The notes under the pieces were generated by a model. It had not been told where the DNA came from and did not search any database. It saw only the letters and a list, made by a program, of their open reading frames with translations. From an uncultured Steroidobacteraceae bacterium (GTDB lineage: Bacteria; Pseudomonadota; Gammaproteobacteria; Steroidobacterales; Steroidobacteraceae): a DNA stretch of 64,000 nt. A program made the translations under genes and the position numbers. The stretch lies in assembly GCA_964657625.1 (NCBI GenBank), contig CAZZVN010000008.1:4639-68638 (forward strand), in the 5' to 3' direction. Positions 1 through 7,965 of the stretch are shown piece after piece (within the stretch, counting starts at the first letter, position 1; every line of letters begins with the position of its first letter).

Positions 1-1
1 G

Positions 2-481
2 GTCAAACCCGTCGACGCCGCCCGTCTGGGCACGACGGTGGCCCGCCTGAAAGAACGGCTGCGCGATGCAGCGCCTGCCCTCAATACCGAGGCACTGTTG
101 CAGCAGCTTGCCGCGAAACTCGAGCGGCAGAGGGTGCAGGCGCCCTTGCGCTGGATTCGCGCTTCGGTCGGGCAGACGGTGAATCTGATACCGGTGGCGG
201 ACATCGACTTTTTGCGCGCGGACGAAAAGTACACCATCGTCGCCTGGCGGGGCGAGCGAGGGGAGTCGCGCGAAGCCGTCATCCGTACACCGCTCAAGGA
301 CCTGGCCGCGCAGCTCGACGACTCGCAATTCGCGCAGGTGCATCGCGCCGTCGTCGTGAACCTGAGTTCCATCGCCCGCATCGTGCGCGGCGCCAACGAG
401 ACGGCCGACATCTATCTCAAAAGCCGCGCCGAGGTGCTGCCCGTCAGCCGTAATTACCTGCATTTGTTTCGTCAGATGTGA
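2..481 (+). CDS. LytR/AlgR-family response regulator, C-terminal LytTR DNA-binding domain (5' end lies upstream of the window)
   Basis: The frame is open from the window edge. Codons 2-37 (VKPVDAARL) look like the end of a receiver domain. LRWIRASVGQTVNLIPVADIDFLRADEKYTIV...VHRAVVVNLSSIARIV...LPVSRNYLHLFRQ is a typical LytTR domain. Confidence 0.8.
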   Translation, partial: VKPVDAARLGTTVARLKERLRDAAPALNTEALLQQLAAKLERQRVQAPLRWIRASVGQTVNLIPVADIDFLRADEKYTIVAWRGERGESREAVIRTPLKDLAAQLDDSQFAQVHRAVVVNLSSIARIVRGANETADIYLKSRAEVLPVSRNYLHLFRQM

Positions 482-500
482 ACGCACAGGCCGTGGGATC

Positions 501-534
501 GCTCGAGGGCCGTCTCCTGCCGAGCCGCTCGAGC
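501..534 (+). terminator. Imperfect GC-rich hairpin downstream of the LytTR gene
   Basis: GCTCGAGGGC (501-510) pairs with GCC-g-CTCGAGC (524-534): 10 bp with one bulge and a 13-nt loop, 20 nt after the stop. There is no U-tract, so intrinsic-terminator function is uncertain. Confidence 0.3.
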
Positions 535-651
535 TCAACGCCGTGAGAACCTTGTCCACCAAGCCCGCGGGTGAATTAAGGGGTAAGGCTGGAGGAGAAG
601 TTGACCGACCCTGCGTATGTGATGAAACCTCTGCTATGTTGCCCGATTAGC

Positions 652-667
652 ATAGGAAATCTCCTAT
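652..667. promoter_or_regulatory. Perfect 6-4-6 inverted repeat ATAGGA-AATC-TCCTAT at the 5' edge of the AbiEi relic
   Basis: Read directly. It lies in the only AT-rich patch of this region and abuts the candidate TTG start at 667. AbiEi antitoxins are known to autorepress through promoter inverted repeats. Confidence 0.3.
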
Positions 668-1286
668 TGGCGATAACCAACACCCAGCGCGCCCATGCCC
701 TCAAACTGCTGGGCGCCCGTTCCTCGATGCGGCTTAAAGACTTCTCCGCCCACCGTATCGGCCCGGAGACGCTCGCGCGTCTGGTTCGGACGGGATCGTC
801 GTGCGTCCTGCGCGCGGACTCTATCAACTCGCCGATGGCGCGGTCGATGCCCGCCGAACACTGGTCGAAGCAGCGGCGCTCGTGCCCAAAGGCATCATCT
901 GCCTGGTGTCTGCGCTGCAGTTCCATAGGCTGACCCTGCAGATGCCATCGAGCGACTGGATGGCGATCGAACGCACTGCTTGGCGTCCGCGGATCGACTA
1001 TCCGCCGATCCGCTTCGTGCGCTTCACGGGCGCCGCATTGAGCGAGGATATCAAACGTCACCGCATTGAGGGCGTGGACATGTCAATCACCGATCCGGCG
1101 CGGACCATCGTCGACTGTTTTCGGTATCGCGCCAAGGTCGGCATCGACGTGGCCATGGAAGGGCTGCGTGAGGGCCTGCGCCAGCGCAAGGCGACGAGTG
1201 ACCAACTGTGGCGCTACGCCACGAAAGCCCGGATCTGGTCGGCCATGAAGCCCTATGTCGAAGCGACGGCGGCCGATGGAACGTGA
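667..1286 (+). pseudogene. AbiEi-family (type IV TA) antitoxin gene, frameshifted
   Basis: The N-terminus ..TQRAHALKLLGARSSMRLKDFSAHRIGPETLARLVR is in frame +1 (start TTG 667 or ATG 622). The rest, DGIVVRPARGLYQLADG...VPKGIICLVSALQFHRLT...ITDPARTIVDCFRY, is in frame +3 and runs to the stop at 1286. The frames join if one G is restored at 788-790. Confidence 0.7.
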
Positions 1287-1830
1287 ACCCTTGAAGAACG
1301 TCGGCGCCTCGGTGCGTGCACGCCTGCTACAGCGCTCGGGCGATCCTGACCCAGCCCGTCGACGACGACGGCGTGGCCTTCGATGTCGATGGACTCGAAG
1401 CCGCGCCGATCCGCGAGGATCTGGAGTACGGCGGTGTGCGAGTGCGTACCAGAGCCACGATCGCCGGCGCCCGCATCCCGATCCAGGTCGATGTGGGCTT
1501 TGGCGATGCGATCACTCCTGGTCCCATCGAGATTAACTATCCGGCGCTGCTCGATGGCCCGGCACCGCACCTGCGGACCTATCCGATCGAGACGGTGGTC
1601 GCTGAGAAGTTCCATGCCCTTGCCGCCCGCGGCATCACCAACAGTCGGCTCAAGGACTACTACGACCTCTGGTTGATCGCCAAGACATTCGATCTGGACA
1701 AGGCGCCCCTGGCCGCTGCGGTCCGTCAAACTTTCTCGCGGCGTGAGACGGCGCTGCCGCGGGAGAAGCTGACAGGACTCACTGAAGCCTATGTCGATAC
1801 CTGGGGAGACTTTCATCCTCTGCACGTTGT
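1276..1830 (+). pseudogene. AbiEii/AbiGii-family nucleotidyltransferase toxin relic (internal and C-terminal deletions)
   Basis: ATG 1276 overlaps the AbiEi stop and gives MEREPLKNVGASVRARLLQRS, a typical AbiEii N-terminus. At about 1333 the homology jumps frame to RAILTQPVDDDGVAFD...YGGVRVRTRATIAGARIPIQVDVGFGDAITPGP...ETVVAEKFHAL...RLKDYYDLWLI. About 90 codons, including the NTase motif region, are missing. The usual C-terminal ~50 aa and the stop codon are also absent. Confidence 0.7.
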
Positions 1831-1927
1831 CGCCGTCATAACCATCCGGCAGGTGAGCATACCCATTCGCTATTCGACGCGACCTGTGTGCTCGGCTACC
1901 CTCGCGCGCCTATTCGAGGACGTTCAT

Positions 1928-4357
1928 ATGAAATCGATGCCGGACCGCGACCACCTCGCGCGTGTTTCCGTTTTTGAAAATCGACCGGTGCAGTCGGAGC
2001 GTGCAGCCGCCGCAGTGGTGGCGAGCCCGGCAGTGCGGGGAAGCCTGCTGGCGGGCGGCTTGGTGGCGGGCAGGCCGGCGGCGGGAGGGTGGGGGACGGT
2101 GGGCCTGGCCGTCAGCCTGGTGTTGTGCCTGGCGATAAGTCCGGCGCGGGTCTTCGCCATCCAGGCGCAGAGCGATATGCCGCGCGCGGGCGATTCTGCC
2201 AGTCAGCTGGAGGAGGTCACCGTGACCGCGCGGCGCCGTGCGGAGCCTCTGCAAGACGTGCCGGTGGCAGTGTCGGTGATCACCGGGGCGCAGGCCGCCG
2301 CGCACAACCTCAACGATCTGCAGGACATCAGTTCGGAAATCCCCACGGTGGATTTCCGTACCGGAGCTTCGAACAAGGATCGGGATATTTTCATCCGCGG
2401 CATCGGCACCATCACTACGTCGCCGGGGGTGGAGCCGTCGGTCTCCACCGTGGTCGACGGCGTGGTGCTCGCGCGGCCGGGTCAGGCCACCGTCGAATTG
2501 CTCGACGTCGATCACGTCGAGGTGTTGCGTGGGCCGCAGGGAACGCTGTTCGGCAAGAACGCCTCGGCGGGGGTCGTGAACATCGTGACTCAGGATCCCA
2601 CGGCCGACACGCACGGCTATGCCGATGGCGCCTACTTCGGCGGAGGTGATGAGTTCCGGCTCAAGGGGGGTCTGTCCGGAGAACTCATCCACGACAAGTT
2701 GCTGGGCTCGTTCTCAGGCGTCTACAGCCACTACGACGGCAACGTGCGAAATCTCTACGACGGCAGCACCGTCAACGGCTACGAACGCTACGGCGGTCAT
2801 ACCAAGCTGATCTTCACGGCCTCGGACGATCTCACGGTGACCTTCAACGCAGATTATCTGCATTCCAAGGACTCGGTGCCCACCGGCGTTCCTGCCGCGG
2901 CCACACAGGCGTCGTATCCCACGGGTGTCGCCACCTTAAGCGCGCCATTTGCCACGGCGCTCGCCGGGTCGGGCGTGGCGTCGTCCTACCAGAACACCCA
3001 TATCAGCGAGAACCTGAACAGCGGTGTGCGGGACGACAACGGCGGGGTCAGCATTACGGTCGATGACAAACTCGGCGCGTATACGCTCACCTCCATCACG
3101 GCGTATCGGCGGTGGTTGAACGTCCAGGATCAGGACTACGACCAGCTGTCGGCGCCGGCCGGCGGGCTGCCGCAGGTCGCGGATCACGGCTACCTCTCGT
3201 TCGATCAGATCTCCGAAGAAGCGCGCATCGCCTCGCCCAAGGGACAGTTCGTCGACTACGTCGCCGGGCTCTACTATCTGCATGCGGTCGACGGCGAGAT
3301 CTACCAGCGGGCCGTCGACACGCTCGCGGCGGGGACGATCGTGCCCAATACCGGGGTCTCCTCGTACGGGACCCATGCCGACAACTATTCCGTGTTCGGC
3401 GAGGGCAACTTCAATTTCACGGAGTCGTTGCGCGGCATCCTCGGCGCGCGTCTGGTGCGCGACGAACTCAAGTATCAGTTCCAACGCGTCGCGAGCTCGG
3501 CGACGGCCGTCACCGGCATCCAGCCTTCGTTTGCGAGCGCGGGTGCGACGGACAACTACGGCTACACCGACCGCGTCGGGCTGCAATACGACGTGGCGCC
3601 GGACGTGCACAGCTACGCGACCTATTCACATGGCTACACCGGGCCGGCCTACAATGTGTTCTTCAACATGACGGCCTCCTCGACCCTGGCGTTGAAGCCG
3701 GAAACCTCAGATTCCTACGAGGTGGGGCTCAAGTCCCGCCTGCTCGGCGGCAAGCTGCAGGCGAACTTCGCGGTGTATCTCACCGATTTCGACAACTACC
3801 AGGCGAACTTTGCGGACGTGTTGAACGGCGCGTTGATCACCCGGCTGATCAACGCGGGCAAGGTTTCGACGAAAGGCATCGAGGCGGATGTGGCCTACCG
3901 GCCCCTCGACGCTCTGACGGTGAGCGGCGCCATCGCCCGGACGGATGCACGCGTGGATCACTTCAACTGCCCGGCCAATGCAGCGTCGAGCTGCAACATC
4001 AATGGTCAGCCGCTGCCCTTCGCACCGGATTGGAAGCTCAACCTCGACGGCAACTACGTCGTGCCCGTCACGCAGGCGTTGAACCTCGTTCTCGACACCG
4101 ACTACAAATGGCAGAGCAAGGTGCAGTACCAACTCGCGGAAACGCCGGACACCGTGCAGGCCGCCTACGGTGTGTGGGACTTGAGCGTGGGATTGAGCGA
4201 CGACGCCAAGGGCTGGCGCGTCAGCGCGCTGGTGAAGAACGTGGGCGACACGCATTACTCGTCGTATCTGGCCCACGGCAATCTGGCGGGGGTGGTGCGC
4301 TGGGTACCGCGTGACGAGGACCGCTACGCGGGGATCGACGTCCACAAGTCGTTCTGA
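1928..4357 (+). CDS. TonB-dependent outer-membrane receptor
   Basis: Signal-like WGTVGLAVSLVLCLAISPARVFA. Plug motifs EEVTVTARRRAEPLQDVPVAVSVI, IFIRGIG and VEVLRGPQGTLFGKNASAGVVNI. Long beta-barrel ending ...GIDVHKSF. ATG 1928 is the first ATG after the relic; the true start could be a little further downstream. Confidence 0.9.
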   Translation: MKSMPDRDHLARVSVFENRPVQSERAAAAVVASPAVRGSLLAGGLVAGRPAAGGWGTVGLAVSLVLCLAISPARVFAIQAQSDMPRAGDSASQLEEVTVTARRRAEPLQDVPVAVSVITGAQAAAHNLNDLQDISSEIPTVDFRTGASNKDRDIFIRGIGTITTSPGVEPSVSTVVDGVVLARPGQATVELLDVDHVEVLRGPQGTLFGKNASAGVVNIVTQDPTADTHGYADGAYFGGGDEFRLKGGLSGELIHDKLLGSFSGVYSHYDGNVRNLYDGSTVNGYERYGGHTKLIFTASDDLTVTFNADYLHSKDSVPTGVPAAATQASYPTGVATLSAPFATALAGSGVASSYQNTHISENLNSGVRDDNGGVSITVDDKLGAYTLTSITAYRRWLNVQDQDYDQLSAPAGGLPQVADHGYLSFDQISEEARIASPKGQFVDYVAGLYYLHAVDGEIYQRAVDTLAAGTIVPNTGVSSYGTHADNYSVFGEGNFNFTESLRGILGARLVRDELKYQFQRVASSATAVTGIQPSFASAGATDNYGYTDRVGLQYDVAPDVHSYATYSHGYTGPAYNVFFNMTASSTLALKPETSDSYEVGLKSRLLGGKLQANFAVYLTDFDNYQANFADVLNGALITRLINAGKVSTKGIEADVAYRPLDALTVSGAIARTDARVDHFNCPANAASSCNINGQPLPFAPDWKLNLDGNYVVPVTQALNLVLDTDYKWQSKVQYQLAETPDTVQAAYGVWDLSVGLSDDAKGWRVSALVKNVGDTHYSSYLAHGNLAGVVRWVPRDEDRYAGIDVHKSF

Positions 4358-4398
4358 GGTTACCCTGACGGACGAGAATGGCCCGGTAGATGGGACGC

Positions 4399-4431
4399 CT
4401 GGAGGAAACCAGGGGGAGCAGGTTCCTCCAG
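4399..4431 (+). terminator. Hairpin after the TonB receptor gene
   Basis: CTGGAGGAA(a)CC ... GGTTCCTCCAG: an 11-bp stem with one bulged A and a 10-nt loop, about 40 nt after the stop at 4357. No U-tract. Confidence 0.3.
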
Positions 4432-4507
4432 ACATCCCATCCACCCAAGCCGTTCATAGGGGGCCGTTCGACGGTTCAAATGCCCGCCAGGGAGGATAAA
4501 ATGTCGA

Positions 4508-4534
4508 CAGGAAACTGCTCCCGCCCGTTTCCTG
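4508..4534 (-). terminator. Hairpin plus T-run downstream of the MFS gene (minus strand)
   Basis: CAGGAAAC/GTTTCCTG 8-bp stem with an 11-nt loop. On the minus strand it is followed by TCGACATTTTAT. It lies about 50 nt after the MFS stop (4582). Confidence 0.35.
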
Positions 4535-4581
4535 GCGGCGGCTTATCCTTCTGGGCAAGGTTGCTCATGAACGTGGCGGCA

Positions 4582-5853
4582 TCACGGCGTTGCGGGCGCA
4601 GGCGGCGCGGCGGGTTGCAGCACCGGCACCAGCCAGTGAATCCACAGCAGCGCTAGAACGTACGAGGCGGCCGCGAACAGGAACACGGGACCGTAATCGC
4701 CCTGGCGGGTGAGGATCCAGCCCGTGAAGGCCAATATCCCCATCCCGCCGAGGTTGCCGCAGAACGCGCCGATGCCGGTGACGGTGGCGAGCCGCGTGGC
4801 CGGTACGATGTCGGCGATCAGCGCGAACAGCGTCACCGAAAAGCCTTGATGGGCGGCGAGCGTGAGGGCAAGCAGCAGCACCGTCATCCATTCTTGGTGC
4901 ACCGAGGGCACCCACGCCAGGGGCAGTGCGAGGAGGGCACAGAGCAGCAGCGCGAGCTTGCGCCCGCGGTTGAGTCCCATCCCCCGTTCCAGCAGCCGTC
5001 GTGCGCCGAATCCGCCGAGCAGTGCTCCCGCTGCGGCCCCGCAGTACATGAGTGCGAGCGGTGCGGAGGTCTGCCGCAGGTCGAGCTGGTAGAACCGGTG
5101 CAGGAGGTCCGGCGCCCAGAACAACAAGAACCACCACGTCTGATCGGACAATGCTTTGGCGCCGGCGATGGCCCAGGTGCGCCGGTCGTGAAGGGCGGCG
5201 CGCCAGGAGCCTGGGTCCGCGGTGGCGGTGGCGGTGAGGGGTGCGGACACGGTGGCCGTGGCCTCGCCCGGGTCGGTGACGCCGCGCGCCGCCAACAGCC
5301 AGACCAGCACCCATAGCAGTCCCACGGCGCCCACCACGAAGAAGGCGCTGCGCCAGCCGAGCGTGGCGGCCAGCGGCGGGACGAGCAGGGGCGTCACGAT
5401 GGCGCCGGCGGTGCTGGCGGCATTCATGGCGCCGAACGCGAGGGAACGCTCGCGGGCAGAAAACCAGGTCGCAATCGATTTGACCATCACGGGCGTGCCG
5501 AGTGCTTCCGCCGCGCCGAGCGCCACGCGCAGCACACCGAACTGCACGAGCGTATGCGCCAGCGCTTGGGCCATGGAGATGGCGCTCCATGCGCCGACGG
5601 CCAGCGGGTTGGCCGAGCGAATGCCGATCCGGTCGACGATCCGGCCTGCGAACAACAGGCCGAACGCGGTCGCGAGCTGAAACGCGGAGGCCAGGTGTCC
5701 GTACTCGGCATCGGTCCAATGAAAATCGACGCCGATCAGCGGCTTCAAGAGGGCGATGATCTGGCGGTCCGCGTAATTGATCACGGTGCCCGCGATGAGC
5801 AGCGCGAGCAGCACGCGGCGGCGCCGCGCCCGGCGCGCCGTGGCGTCAGTCAC
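4582..5853 (-). CDS. MFS transporter, anion:cation symporter (ACS/ExuT-like) type
   Basis: 423 aa with many TM segments. The N-terminus RRRRVLLALLIAGTVINYADRQIIALLKP...DRIGIR is typical of hexuronate/galactonate-type ACS MFS proteins. Its start overlaps the upstream Gfo gene stop by 8 nt. Confidence 0.85.
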   Translation of the reverse strand: MTDATARRARRRRVLLALLIAGTVINYADRQIIALLKPLIGVDFHWTDAEYGHLASAFQLATAFGLLFAGRIVDRIGIRSANPLAVGAWSAISMAQALAHTLVQFGVLRVALGAAEALGTPVMVKSIATWFSARERSLAFGAMNAASTAGAIVTPLLVPPLAATLGWRSAFFVVGAVGLLWVLVWLLAARGVTDPGEATATVSAPLTATATADPGSWRAALHDRRTWAIAGAKALSDQTWWFLLFWAPDLLHRFYQLDLRQTSAPLALMYCGAAAGALLGGFGARRLLERGMGLNRGRKLALLLCALLALPLAWVPSVHQEWMTVLLLALTLAAHQGFSVTLFALIADIVPATRLATVTGIGAFCGNLGGMGILAFTGWILTRQGDYGPVFLFAAASYVLALLWIHWLVPVLQPAAPPAPATP

Positions 5854-6928
5854 CCGCGGAGAATTCCGAGATCTTCACGACGCGTCCCTCGGCGGCGCTG
5901 CGCTCCGCGGCCAGCCCCATCACGACAGCCTGCAAGCCGTCGCGGGCCGTCACCAATACCGGCGCCCTGCCCGCCGCGGCGTCCAGGAAGGCGCGCCATT
6001 GAAAGAACGTTGCGCCGTGATGGTGGCCCGCCGCGAGCGCGGCCGGTTCGACCTCGACGTGGTGGCGTTCCGTGCGCAGCGCCTCACCCGGCGGCACGCG
6101 CGGGCTGAACTCGATGACCGCGCCGGGGATGGTCACCTCGAGTTTGGCCGCATCGCCGATGACGGTGAGGCGTTCCTGTTCCGCGGAGCCCTCGGCGAAC
6201 ATGCACAGATCCAGCAGAGCGCGCACGCCATTGTCGAAATCGACGACCGCGAAGGCGTTGTCCAAAATGTCGGGCGTGCGGCCGCCGTAGCGCTCGTCGA
6301 GGTGATTGACGTCCATCGCACCCGAGCAGAAGACCTGAACGGGTTCGGCGCGCGCAATCAAGCGCATCAGGTCAAAGAAGTGGCAACATTTCTCGACCAT
6401 GGTCCCGCCGGTATTGCGGTTGAACCGGTTCCAGTCGCCCACCTTGCGCAGAAAGGGAAAGCGATGTTCGTGCATGGCGATCCGTGTCAGACGGCCGGTG
6501 CGGCCCGCCGCGATCTGCTCGATGAAACGCGCCACCGGCGGCATGAAACGGTATTCCATGCCCACCCAGAAAATGCCGCGGTGTCGCTCGGCCCGTTGCG
6601 CGACGCGTTGGGCGTCCCGCAGCGTGGTCGCGAGCGGTTTTTCGCACAAGATGTGCAGGCTCGTTTCGAGCAACGGCTCGAGTATCTCGGCGTGCGTGTA
6701 ATTCGGGGAAGCGATCACCACGGCGTCGAGCTTCGCGCTGCGGATCATGGCCGCCCCATCGTCATACAGCTGCACGCCTGCGGCGTGCGCGCCGAGCGTC
6801 GCCTTGGCCCACTCGAGCGACGCCTGCACCGGATCGGCCAGGGCCACGATTTGCGCCTCCGGCATCAGCAGGAGGTTCCGGATGTGTTCCTGAGCCATCA
6901 ATCCGGTGCCGATAAAACCCACTCTCAT
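5846..6928 (-). CDS. Gfo/Idh/MocA-family NAD(P)-dependent oxidoreductase
   Basis: Rossmann N-terminus MRVGFIGTGLMAQEHIRNL...IVALADP, then HILCEKPLATT and a C-terminal alpha/beta domain. I chose start M12 (6928); the ORF is open up to 6961. Confidence 0.85.
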   Translation of the reverse strand: MRVGFIGTGLMAQEHIRNLLLMPEAQIVALADPVQASLEWAKATLGAHAAGVQLYDDGAAMIRSAKLDAVVIASPNYTHAEILEPLLETSLHILCEKPLATTLRDAQRVAQRAERHRGIFWVGMEYRFMPPVARFIEQIAAGRTGRLTRIAMHEHRFPFLRKVGDWNRFNRNTGGTMVEKCCHFFDLMRLIARAEPVQVFCSGAMDVNHLDERYGGRTPDILDNAFAVVDFDNGVRALLDLCMFAEGSAEQERLTVIGDAAKLEVTIPGAVIEFSPRVPPGEALRTERHHVEVEPAALAAGHHHGATFFQWRAFLDAAAGRAPVLVTARDGLQAVVMGLAAERSAAEGRVVKISEFSAGD

Positions 6929-6978
6929 TGGCGGTATCATCCTCGTCGGGTGGGCAAGCATAGCGGAGATGAACGAAT

Positions 6979-7965
6979 ATGGAGCGAGCTCAGAGCGAAT
7001 CCCTGGCGTTGCCGGGGCGCCGTCCGCTCGGCGACTCGGGCATCGAGGTCACGCCGCTGGCATGGGGCATGTGGCGTTTCAAAGGGGCGGATCTCGCCGC
7101 CGCCGATCGGCGGGTGCGCACGGCGCTCGACCTGGGTTTCTCGCTGTTCGACACGGCCGACGTCTATGGACTCGACAGCGGCGAGCCGTTCGGCGCGTCC
7201 GAAGCATTGTTGGGCCGTGTGTTCACAGCCGACCGCGCTTTGCGCGCCCGCGTCGTGCTGGCGAGCAAGGGCGGCATCATTCCGGGCATCCCCTACGATT
7301 CGAGTGCCCGTTATCTGGTCGCCGCCTGCGAGGCGTCGCTGCGGCGCCTGAACACCGACGTCATCGACCTGTATCAGATCCACAGGCCCGACGTCCTGAC
7401 GCATCCGCGGGAGGTTGCGGAGGCGTTGGTGTCACTGCGCGAGTCCGGCAAGATCCGCGCCGCCGGCGTCTCGAATTACAGCGCCGCCCAGACCGCGGCC
7501 CTGCAGGCGTATGTGCCGTTTGCGCTCGCCAGCCACCAGCCGGAACTGTCGGCGCTGTGCATCGAGCCGCTGCGGGACGGCGTGCTCGACCAGGCCTTGG
7601 AACGCAACATGGCGGTGCTGGCCTGGTCGCCGCTCGCCGGTGGCCGCCTGGCCGGCGGTCGCGTGAGCGGCAGCTTGCGCCCGGGCGGCACGGGCGCCGG
7701 CGCGAGCACGGACGCAAGCGCCGGCGCGGACGACCGTTCCCGGGCGGTGCTGGCGGCCCTCGACCTGCTCGCGGAGCGTGAAGGCGTTGCGCGCTCCGCC
7801 GTGGCGCTCGCCTGGGTCATGGCGCATCCGGCGCGCCCGATCGCGCTCGTCGGCAGTCAGGATGTCGACCATTTGAACGCGGCGTCGGGCGCGCTGGAGG
7901 TGAAGCTCACGCGGGCGGATTGGTACGCCGTGCTGGCGGCCTCGCGACAGGCGCCGTTGCCATGA
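6979..7965 (+). CDS. Aldo/keto reductase
   Basis: GIEVTPLAWGMWRF...LDLGFSLFDTADVYG...LASKGG...VIDLYQIHRPD...IRAAGVSNYS...MAVLAWSPLAGG are the AKR signature blocks. There is a G/A/S-rich insertion (SGSLRPGGTGAGASTDASAGADD). The stop overlaps the next gene's ATG (ATGA). Confidence 0.9.
   Translation: MERAQSESLALPGRRPLGDSGIEVTPLAWGMWRFKGADLAAADRRVRTALDLGFSLFDTADVYGLDSGEPFGASEALLGRVFTADRALRARVVLASKGGIIPGIPYDSSARYLVAACEASLRRLNTDVIDLYQIHRPDVLTHPREVAEALVSLRESGKIRAAGVSNYSAAQTAALQAYVPFALASHQPELSALCIEPLRDGVLDQALERNMAVLAWSPLAGGRLAGGRVSGSLRPGGTGAGASTDASAGADDRSRAVLAALDLLAEREGVARSAVALAWVMAHPARPIALVGSQDVDHLNAASGALEVKLTRADWYAVLAASRQAPLP

Noticed and set aside
1316-4357. A single 1013-aa protein fusing AbiEii-like sequence to a TonB-dependent receptor.
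   Set aside because: The receptor has its own ATG (1928), signal-like segment and TonB-box region. The upstream part is a truncated toxin relic. The missing stop is most simply a deletion artefact, not a designed fusion.
5777-7351. Long antisense or alternative-frame ORFs throughout the window. Examples: 5777-7351 (+), 26229-28022 (+), 28969-31185 (+), 36826-38640 (-), 56086-58224 (+), 49696-51714 (-).
   Set aside because: Their translations are Arg/Ala/Gly/Pro-rich with no recognisable motifs. They lie opposite genes with clear family signatures. Stop-free shadow frames of this kind are expected in GC-rich DNA.
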